Assembly: GCF_022539665.2 (NCBI RefSeq)
Contig: NC_081333.1
Location: 2,108,001-2,172,000 of the forward strand
DNA from: Daphnia carinata
Lineage: Eukaryota
Length of the DNA: 64,000 nucleotides
Direction of reading: 5' to 3'
In this document: positions 12,430 through 23,500 of the stretch, in pieces
Layout: each line of letters starts with the position of its first letter
How positions within the stretch are numbered: position 1 is the first letter of the stretch
The notes under the pieces: model-generated
Database searches by the model: none
Seen by the model: only the letters and a program-made list of their open reading frames with translations
What the model was told of the DNA's origin: nothing
Translations under genes and position numbers: made by a program

Positions 12430-14010
12430 TTACAGCATGCCTGGCAGATCACGTTCGTCGTTGCCAGCTTTTTCGAAGAACATGAAATCCTGAAAAACAT
12501 TACCAAGAAAAAGAAAATGTCACAATATAAGCCTGCCTATTCAATGGAATTAAAAAAGCAAACAACGGCGTTGAAATTCTTACGATTAGAAAACATGCGC
12601 CCAGCAAAACCGCTTTAATGCGCACATCAAGGTCGAGCGGAAAATTGATGCCTAATCAAAATCCATAGGAAAAATCGAATCACTTGGCATTATGTTTGTT
12701 GATCGTGATAATTTGACGAATAGAGAAAAAAAAATTACGAACCGAACATGTCTGCATCTGTGAACGCCTCTCGAACTAACCCGCTCCATTGTTTGCTTAT
12801 CTTTCCGACTTTTGTATCGCCATTCCTAGAATAAACCTAAAGATTTTTCGTAAATTCATGCAATATGTTATCTAAAAAACCAAATATTGAATCAAACTGT
12901 TTCGTATTACATTGAATTCAACATCGCCGCACAGGCTAAAGGTGCAAATAGGTCCTTCTATGGTTAGCACCGTTTCCCCTGAAGCATCTTTAATACTAAA
13001 TTTGGGACTTAGAATGCTCCACTCTTGCTGAATTGAACCAATGGGGGTGCCTGGTGGAGCGGTCACTTCCATGTTCTAAATGTGGACATAAACGGTCAGA
13101 TACAGTGGACTAGACATATTTAGATTAATGCTTGCCTGTAAGCAACATGGGAAGAAACAAGAAGTACAAGCTAGCGGGCGGTTCAAGTGAATCACTTCTT
13201 GGCCGTGATTATCAACGATTTTCATATCAAATGCTCGGTTTGGACCGCAAAGCTGACGGGTACAACAGTCGGATATTTCTGCTGCATAGAAGACCTTTTG
13301 CCCCATAGAATTTTTAACAGTATACTTGTTGGAGGTCTCAAACCCAACAAAAGCTATAAATTGCAAATATTTGATTGCATTTAAAATTCTGTGATTATTG
13401 CTATGGATTTTGTACCTTCAAGAAGTTCCACTTTTTGGTGAACAAGTAATTGATCAACAGCGGTAAGATATTCTAGGCCAGGTGGACAGCTCCGGTTCTG
13501 TTGATGTTGTGGCTGCAATGGCATCCATTCTAAAGCACCTGAAGGATGTAAACAATTGTATTTTTCTTTTCTAGAAGAAGAAAAAAAGACATAATCCTGC
13601 CTACTGTTGGGTTGTCCTATTGGTTGTGCAACAATTGGCTGTCCTGGAACATTGGCATATCCTCCATAAGGTTGGTGTACTGGAGGTTCTGAAGGTTGTG
13701 GATATGGCTGTGGGTATGGTTGTGCACTAGGCTGAAAATTTGGTTGAGGGTACGGGGGGTAAGGACCACCGGCAAAGCCAATTTCAGGCTGTCCAGTTAC
13801 AGGTGGAGGATATCCACCATACCCTGTCTGTTGAGGTTGTCCTAGTGGAGGTGGTGGATAGGATACACCCTGCTCAGAATAAGGTGGTGGTGCTCCTGGA
13901 GCTGGCAGATTATCTGAGATAAGTATGTCAAAATCAATGATTGCTCTTATCACGAGTGAAAGCACAGGTATCAACTCACCTCCTTTTGATGGAGCATTTG
14001 GGGCATACAT
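12430..14010 (-). CDS. PLSCR: Phospholipid scramblase, paralogue B (long Pro/Tyr/Gln-rich N-terminus)
   Basis: Exons 14010-13980, 13913-13605, 13538-13416, 13353-13136, 13075-12911, 12836-12743, 12651-12584, 12489-12430 (TAA). Same scramblase motifs as paralogue A. Intron 13076-13135 is GC-AG. Confidence 0.95.
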
Positions 14011-15055
14011 TATCTGAGCTAAGTTTCAACGATGTGGAACACTTTAAACCGCAAACGCAACAGCTTGTTCCGGTCGCCCCTTTGAAAAGGATAATAATGG
14101 CTTTGGGGTGAAAATGCGGAACAAGTTAATGGGCAGCGAAGCGTGATTGTTGAGCAATCAAAAACTACGTCATTGGTCAAATACACATCTAATACCAAGA
14201 CTATACTTTCAGTAACGAATGTACGAACGAACTACCAGAGTATGTCAATGCGGTAGCCAAGCAACCATGAGTCACCATGAACTTCAGAGAATTCAATGGG
14301 AAATGAATTCCAACAAGTAGCCAGTGTGTTGTGAAATTTTTTTTTTTTTTTTTTTTTCTGGGCAGGGCCAGCCAGGATATGTCGGTTGACTAATGCTCAT
14401 CGCTGTGAAGTCGAACTAACTGCCATAGTTTTCCTCCAAAACTAATTACATAGCACAAGCTGAATGCTCAAATTTCGGCAAAAAGAAGTTACATTATACA
14501 GAATTTTTTATCCGCAACGAAATGGCGAAAATAACTGAAAATGCAATACCGAAATGAAAAGAAGATTTATCTAAAGCGGCGTTGCTGAAACGTCACGAGC
14601 ATAGCCCGTCCCCCGTGCGGGGGGGATGGGCCATGGTTTTTTTTTCTCCCTGTTCCCACTTCGTCAGTCTGCACGCCTCAAGGGGAGAGCCAGGCTGAAA
14701 AATCGTCATCAAAGAAGCATCGGACCAAGTTCCTTTCCCAGTTTCTCCAGTGCAGTTTCGTCAGTCGGCTGAAAACATTAGAAACTCGTCAATAAGCTAT
14801 CCCCTGTGATATAAAACAGAAAATCAAATCAACAATAACAAAAAAAATAAACACATTTATTGTTTACCTACTTCCAAAAGCTTCTGTCAAATTTCCAGTT
14901 TGCTTACAGCCTGTGTATTGTGTCTGTGTGTCTGTGTTTATTATTCATCAGCATCTCTTCGGGATCAGTACGTGTCAGCCTGTTGAGCCCGCCGAGTCTT
15001 TGACTAACTCTTTGTTCGTCCGTGATTCTCTTTGGGAGTACGCCAGCAACGAAAA

Positions 15056-15667
15056 ATGAGAGAGTTTAAAGTAGTAGTCCTGGGATCTGGAGGTGTGGGT
15101 AAGTCTGCCCTCACTGTCCAATTTGTGACGGGCTGCTTCATGGAGAAGTATGACCCAACCATTGAGGATTTCTATCGCAAAGAGATAGAAGTCGATGGGT
15201 CACCCTCAGTCTTGGAGATTCTTGATACCGCTGGTACTGAGCAGTTTGCTTCCATGAGAGATCTCTACATTAGGAATGGACAGGGGTTTGTTATCGTCTA
15301 CTCAATAACCAACCATCAGACCTTTCAAGACATCAAGACTATGCGAGAACAAGTAAGTCCTTTGATTGCTTTTTACGAAAAGTGAAGTGGCTAACCTCTT
15401 GACTCTTTTTGGTTCCAGATCACTCGTGTCAAGGGGACAGACCGTGTGCCTTTGTTGCTGGTGGGGAATAAGGTGGACCTGGAGCATCAACGAGAAGTGG
15501 CCACAATGGAGGGCCTAGCCTTGGCTCAGGCCTGGAACTGCCCCTTCATTGAAGCTTCAGCCAGGAACAAGATGAATGTGAATGAAGTCTTTGCCGAAAT
15601 CGTTCGTGAAATGAACTGCAATCCCGCCAAAGAAAAGCGTCCCTACTGCTGCTGCAATCTTCTTTGA
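15056..15667 (+). CDS. RAP2: Ras-related small GTPase Rap2
   Basis: Exons 15056-15352 and 15419-15667. [17 protein letters not shown], effector loop [11 protein letters not shown] (F typical of Rap2), [13 protein letters not shown]-terminal CCCNLL (CAAX plus upstream cysteines). Confidence 0.97.
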
Positions 15668-18179
15668 GCGTATATCCCGGCGAAAAAACCCGTTCATATT
15701 CTTCCATCATCATGTGCTCTCCCTTCATCTTGCTGAGTTTCATCATCTGTGGCGTGTGTGTTAGCGTGAATGCCTGTTAGAACTATGTGACGGGGGGCGC
15801 GGCCCCTTCAACGAACAAAATATGAGGGAAAATGTGCTCGGTGAGGAGAGAAACCGAGGAAGAACTTTCATCATCACGGGCCCCGTGTCGTGGAGCAATG
15901 GCACTGCATATCAAGAGTCTAGTGAAAATATTCATCCGTGACCGGCTGCCCTTTTTTTTTTGTACATTCGAATTTTCCTCTTTTTTTCTGGTTACTTGTT
16001 TCCTTTTTTATTATTATTATTCGTCACTTCCTCGAACATGGAAGGCTTCATGTCTGGATCTGTTGGTTTCCGATATATCGGCCTGGTGAGTTCCTTTCTC
16101 TAAGTTTTTTACATTTCTGTTTTCCTTTACACAGGAAGCGATAAGGTAGCCTTCTAACATCTGATAGGCAACAATGAAAAAGCAAACCGCGTCTGAGTTT
16201 ACAATCTTTTCAGCCCTTTTTCGTTTTATCGTCCTTTCTGGTGATCAAGAGATAAATCGACACCTTTTGTTCTCATTCCAAAGTACACCCCTCCCCCCCC
16301 CCCTTTTTTCGCTGATAGAATCCGGCTAGGAATGAAACTAAATTGGAATGATTCCCATTTGGTTTCCATAGTGTCTGTAGGATTTTGATAAGCTGCCAGC
16401 ATCTTTGTCCTTGTCACTTTTAATTAATGTCCATGCTCTCTTTCCTGATGATTTTCAGATTTTCGCGCGGTCCGGCATTTCGACCCATTTCGTCCTACTC
16501 TTCAAAACAGTCGCGACTCAAGTGCCAACGATGTGTATGCTAGTGGACCAGAAATTTTCCTCTCCAGACGTGGAAAATTGGATTCATTGTTCTTTTATCC
16601 TCCCATTTATTTGCCCGTCTTTTTTTCGATTTACATTTCATCCTGATTGCGTTAATTCATTTATACCATAAGTCATTTTTATTTGAATGCAATCCTATAA
16701 CAAAGGGAAGCAAAACAACAAGTCTTGCCCTTAAACGCTCATCTTTTTTCCCCTTGCCCTTATCAAAAATTTGTTTACTCATCCTCTAATTTCGTTAGAG
16801 TTGATGACATGCTCTTGTTTATTCTTTTCTGTTCGCAATGCCAGGTCTTATATGATCATGTGATAACCCTTTTGGTGTATGTGTGAACGTTTTGGAAACT
16901 TCGTTTTGTCATCATGAACGACCTGCTGTCCTTTCCCCCCATTTAAAACATATTGAAGATTTTCTTTATCATTGCAAGAGACCAGGACGAAATATTTCAT
17001 AATGAGAAGTAGAGAGAAAAGAGGATCAAACTCTTCCCCCATTTCTTTTCTTAATCCGTCTTTATTATTATTATTATTAATTTTTTTCTGGTCTCGTGAT
17101 TGCGCTTGCGTGTTTTGGCAACGACTTTCTATCGGAAAACAAAACTCTCAGGCGAAATTCTGACAGATTGATGCAAAAAGTTTTTAATAATAAAAATAGG
17201 AATAACGATTAAGAACGCATAGCATAAGACAGAGCAAAAAAAGCATATTTTGGTAGGGAAAAAACAGATGCCTTCGTTATATAACACACTTCAAAAAATT
17301 ATTTCCTTTCTCCTACTGTAGTTTTCCTTCAGTCAGTTTTCCCATCTGATTTTTAAATATATGAAACGAGTGAAAATAGACGGCAAAAAAAAACAAACAT
17401 AACAAATAAGAATTCAATACTCTTGTCAGAGTTGGTAATTTTTCATATCCATTCGCAAATACACTGAGTATTTTCCTTGTATGGTTTAGTTCTTTTTATT
17501 GAAGGAAAGGCCGTAGTCAGCGTGACATGAAATCGGGTTCGTTTTGTTTTACAACTGGAACAGTAGGGAACGGGAGCGTATCAAAGAGGCCGATGTTTGA
17601 AGATACCTTAAGGTGTTCTTTTTATTTTCCCAAAGTCGTGATGGATGTATCGATTATTCGTGGGGATTCGATCACGACCGATTTGGAATGAGTGCCGTAA
17701 GGGGTGTCTTGGGCCGTAAAAGGTACACTTTCCGTCAAGCAAACAAACAGCATTCGAGCCGCTTTTGAACGTGTTCGCGTTTCTTGCTAAGAAATTGTTT
17801 TGGATTTGTTGCTGCGGTGTGTGCGTAACAGTGTGACTCTAATCCCAGGCACTCTACTGAAAGTCGTAATTCGGTTAACCTAGAAAGTTTCCGCGGCTCT
17901 ACATAGTTCGCTTGAGGCATCGATAGCACCGTCGTTTTGCGAGATAATGTTGTGATAGCGATTCGTGGTGACATAATATTTTGCTCTTAATTCAACTCAT
18001 GTTCTTCACAAAAGAAAAAATTATTCTGATAAAAGTGGAAACTGTTAATGGCCGCAGTTAACTTCCTAAGAAAACAGTAAGTATATATACCATTACCAGC
18101 TGTGTTGCAAAAGTGATAGTTTATGTGTACTCAAGTTTACAGTGGTGTAAAGTACATGTTCTGGAACATGTGGTGGTGA

Positions 18180-20528
18180 CACGTGACGCTCCCACGACTG
18201 TCCAGACGTACTTATCAGTCTCCAAAAAACCGATTCGTGGTTGACGTTTCACTTTAAACTTTCATATGTTCAAATGTTCCTGTAAATTGACAAACATAAT
18301 TTTTCAATTTAAGTAGTCAGGTGCACTTTTTTTTTCGATTCTGATCGAGGTAGGACAATAGAAAGTGCGTTTGAAAACTTTCTTTGTATTCCCACACTGG
18401 TGCTTCGAAAGCGGTGAAGAAAGGAAGATAAGAATCAGCAAGGTTTCATTAGTTAGAAACGTAGTAGAAAAAGCCATGTATTTACTCCTTTTTATGCCGG
18501 AGGAGATTTACAATCGACAAATATGTTGCCCCGGTTTCATTTTAGACCGCCTTTGTCTGTTTATCGGGTTCTGTGCGAACACTGCAACCACTTTGCACAG
18601 CCCAGCCCCATGGAGGCCTGCCGCCATTAGCAAGTGTTTTTAATCATTGGCAGATGATGTCTATGGCACCCTCTATTGTATACAAGGGGGTTTATGCCCT
18701 GCACACAGATGTCCTTCACAACCAAATCTCACCCCACATGTTCGTTTTTAAATAAAGCAGTAGGCGATTATTAGAATCTATAACATTGAAGTGTTTACAA
18801 AAACGTGATGACCCACCTTGACCTGTGAATTAATAAAGAAAAGTGCTCCGGTTTTGGTTGAAGAAGGCTACAACATGACAAACATGTGATGGCGATTCAC
18901 GTGGCACCTGCGAACAAGGGGGAAAGCTGGTCCTACAACTACGATGTATTGATCGAAAATTCCATCGAGCCAACATCGGTGCATGTTTATCGGCACGTAT
19001 TGACGCTGCCTACTTCAATGATACTTTAACCATCGAATATTTAACTTTCTAGTACTGCATGCAAAATTTACATTTATATCAGATCGTGATTGATGAAAGG
19101 CGTATTTTTTTACGACTCGTCAAGCAAGATGCAATTGGAAAGAGGAAATGAAGAAAAAAGGGGAAATGAATCACCTCTGTAACGGCAAATTGATTAATTT
19201 ACTTAGTATGTAACTATTCGACAAGATGTATTGAAAGGAAATGTAATTTTCGTAACGTGGCACTATTTAAATTCTTCAACATTGGTTTTGACTTCAAATT
19301 TCAGGCATCCATCAGAGAATTGCCAATGCCGAAATATTTTAGACATTCCGATAAAGAAGAGGCTTCATCGATTGTGAGTAGTTGTTTTGCGGATAGGCAA
19401 ATCAAGTACCAAGAGAATAGGGAAATCAACAAGAAGCCAAAAAGTTCTGCTCCCGTAACCGAGTTTGTGTCAGAGGGATTACACAGGCGCCATTCGCTAC
19501 TTGCATAGGAACGTTCCTGACGTTTGATTTTCTTATTAATCATTCACATTCCTCAAAAATTTAGTGACACACTTGTGTATACGAACGGTAAGTGGCGTTT
19601 TTTCAATTACAGTAGCATATGATAAATTACACTGTTCAATGTTTGGCATCTTGTATACATTTTACAGTGTTATCGATCATTTTTAGGATTTGCATCGCCA
19701 TCAAATTGCTCGTTATTTAAAGTGGTGTTCCCCATGGATGTGCATCTGGTAGATTTTACTTATCCTTTCAAGCAGAAAATCTATCAACTGACAGTTTGTA
19801 CAGAGTGAAACAGCACTTCATCTACAATTTCCAGGCTGACAACATTTAGCATGGATTGGCTAACACTTAGTGGTGGTATCCCATGTTTGTCTCTTATTCC
19901 GCTGGGAACATTTCATAATAACAAATACTACATCAGTGATGAATGTTTACGTAAGTAAAACTTTGAGACAATCACTTAAAGATAGCAGCTAAGTAATCGG
20001 TAATTCCAAGAATTTTTCAAGCACTTTTTATAGAAAATTTATTTGTTCTTATAAAGGTACCTTGCCCTAGTTTATAGAAAATTTCCTTTTCTATCTGAAA
20101 GTGTTTAAATTTGACCTTTCATCTGGTCATTACATCATCTGAAAGAAAATCTTATAATTATGGCACTCGTACAGCCAGCATTCAATCTGAAGATAATCCT
20201 TCACTTCTCTATAATGTCAATAAAAAATATTGTGTTAACCTCGCGGTTAGGTTCAATTGAGAGTTAGGTGCTTCCTGTCACGTCCGCAGTTTTTAAATCG
20301 TCCATTCCCCTTTCCTTTATAAGGGCATTCAGAGCAACAGCCATACCACTGAGAAATTTTCCAGTTTTTTCTCTCCCTTTTCGGACTCGCTTACCCGAAA
20401 ACATATCATTGACCATGAGGCCCTTCGAGCTTCGAGGGATAGAGAAAGGGAATGAAACAATAATAAAAAAGGTGATTTCTTTTTATTCAATTTATTACGT
20501 GACCTTTCATCAATCAACACGTGTTGAT
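18180..20528 (+). promoter_or_regulatory. E-boxes in the timeless upstream region and the intron after the first coding exon
   Basis: CACGTG at 18180-18185, 18898-18903 and 20518-20523; AACGTG at 19254-19259. CLK:CYC E-boxes drive Drosophila tim; function here is inferred. Confidence 0.5.
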
Positions 20529-23500
20529 CTTTCATGAAAGTGTAAAAAAACAAGCGAAAAACAGAGGATAAGCTACGCTCTCTTCTCGCCTGGATACGGT
20601 ACGGCTGCGTCAGTAGCTGATTGCTACCCTAGCTACAGGGCCAGCGTAGTCTAGGACTCAGTCGATCCTTGTCGTACCTCCCGACCAGTGCGTTATACTT
20701 TCCGCAGATACCTCCGAATTTTCTTCACACTGTGTCGCAACTGGCGTTTACGGGTCGTCAAGAAATTAATTTCAATTCGCCCAAAAAAGATGCGTGCAAT
20801 CTTTTTCGATTTCACTGGTGCTGCTGTTCTGGTGAAAGCCAGATCATTAGTGAATCATCGGCGTTTAGCCAGCTTTCCCGCGACTGATCAAACATTGAAA
20901 CTCAGAAAAGAGAAATCCAAGAAAATTCGTTTAGTTTTAACATTCGTCTAGTTTTGTTTGTCTCGTTTCTCCTCAAAAAGTGATCACATTTTCTTCCATT
21001 ATTGTGCAACAAAAAACCGTTTATTCTTTCGTCGAGACTTGGTTATAACACTTGTTTTTGTTTACACACAAATACCAGTTCACCTTGAAGAAATCATTGC
21101 CAAGTTAAACAGCGAAGACCAAACAACTCGTCCACTTCGACGAGCTCTCGGCTTCATGGACATTCTAAATAAGGTAATTCAAAAAAAAACAATTTCACCT
21201 ATTTTTTTTTAAAGCAATTCTAGTATCTTTCCGTTATTAAAACTCGTCTTTCTCTTGCAGGATCTGATCCCTATCCTGATCAACAGTAAGGATCAGCCTA
21301 GCGTCTTTCGTTCGACAATCAAGTAAGCAATCACGTTATAGTGAGGTTTAAATTAGCATCAGAAAGCGACAAGGAAAAGCACTTACACAATAGTTGACTA
21401 GTACTTGATAAAACATTTCTAAGCAATATCTCCTTGGTGATGCAGCATTTTTTTAGAGTATTGTTTAGCATATGGCCAAATTTGGTTTCCCGAGTGCTGT
21501 TAGATGCCAAAACATTAGCAGTCACCCATGGTAGCACCTGTTCAATCAACTGGTCTCTTTACGAGACACGAGCAGGAAATGCTGTTAAAGTTCTTGGCTC
21601 TTTGCCCCTCTCCTTTTTTCCTTTGTCATAAGAGATCGACAGACAGAGCACCCTTTATTTTTTTCATTAGTTGTTTACGTGAAGTAAGCAACACGAAACT
21701 TGTAATTGATTTTCTCTATTCTTTGAAGGTTGTTGGTTGGGCTTACTGTGCCCGTCGAGTGTCTGGTCTGCGTGGAGACATCGAACCAGAGCCCGTCATC
21801 ACAGCACATTGTTCACGAGCTGACCCAGCTTCTTTACAATGCCAAAGAAGCTTTTCTGGATCCTAGGGCTACCCGAGCCGTGTTGGATCACCTTCACCGT
21901 CTCCTGGAGAAGGTATGTCCCAGTATTTTTTCGTAAAATTAGTGTACCGTTTTTTCAAGGTGTTTTTCTATGACCATAGCAACAACCTTTGTCGAGCGAT
22001 GACAGCGAGTCGGTAAATCACTGTCTGTTGCTGATTCGCAATATTCTTCACGCTCCAGAACGACCTCCAAACATGGTGGAAGTCGTGGATAATGGGACAA
22101 CGGCATCTGTGGCACAACCTGGCACGAGCAATTCGCAGACACCGTACTTGGGTCCGCACTCGCACAGCCATGGTTACACAGCCGATTGTTCCCAGCAAAA
22201 TCGACTGCTTTGGAACCTTTTTTCGCAAGGACTTGATCGGATGCTCATCAATTTACTGGCCTGTTCACAGAAGGTACTTATCGATCATTTAGTCAGTGCG
22301 TTCCGTTGTCAAGGTTTGCCCGTTCAAAAATCGGAGATCTTTCCCTCTATTTCGTTTACATATGCAATCGAGCGCACGAAGCTTTTAAACAAGGATGGCA
22401 CAGTTTTTACTGCCTTTTTGCTAGAAATCCCTGGACAAGAAATGGTTTGATCTGAGAAGAGACTTTAACTTGTTATCGAAAGGAAATGCGTTCAAGCGTC
22501 AGGAGTTGGTATAGCAAGAGCGCAGTAACTCTGCCTGACAACCGAGTAGACGGTGAACAACGCCATGCCTTTTGAAATATTTAGTACGGCTGCATTAGGA
22601 GAAGGAAAAAGAAAAGCGTTATGTGGAAGAGGAACTCTAGGATCGATTTTCAGTCGCGATAAAAGTTGGTAGAATGTCTAACTGTTTATCCATGTACATC
22701 CGTCTTCGTCGTACTGAGAGTTCGCAGCAAAACTATTACTTTCAGCTCGTGTACAACAGTTTTCTACCTATCAATTTTAATAGTCATGATTTATTCGAGT
22801 GCTAAATGCTGAGTTGTTTCCACTGCGTGTCCTCTTTAATTTCTTATCATTTAAGAGCTCAGCCATGTCTGTTCCCGAGGAATTAGGGACAACACTCTTT
22901 TGTTTTTCTTTCCGATGACTATCCGGCTTAAGACAACATTAACTCGGAAAGATTTTTCCCCCTCCCTTTGAACTAAAATTGTAATGCATGATCAAGATGT
23001 TTATTATTCTTGATTGGTGCATGACTAGTTACCCGGGACCCCTGAAGACGATGACGAATTGAAGGCGCTGCGTCGTCTTTCGGAACGATATGCCGAACAG
23101 CTCATAAAAAAATTAGTTTAGTCCGAATTCTTTAGGTCGATATGAGAACGAATTATTTCGCCAAGGCAATTTGAGGCGATCGTCGCAGTACGTATTCAAA
23201 AAGGATCAAGCTGTCATTCTTGTTTATTTTACTTGATCATAAACCGGCATGTGATTCTCCGTCTTATTTGGAAGTCCCGTAATCTATTTATTAAATATGC
23301 CCTTTTGATCTTAAGGACTTGTTGATGGCATAGAAGCAGTAGTACGACTATGGCATGCCGTATGTTCCAAAGTACATTAACGTTGTTATTGTTTGTGTTT
23401 CCTTTAGGGCCCTCGACGTTTCCATATTTTGGTTGTTATTTGCGCAGCATTTTGGGCTTGACATTAGTCGTTAAGAAGCAGACCGTTTATGTATTTTTAA

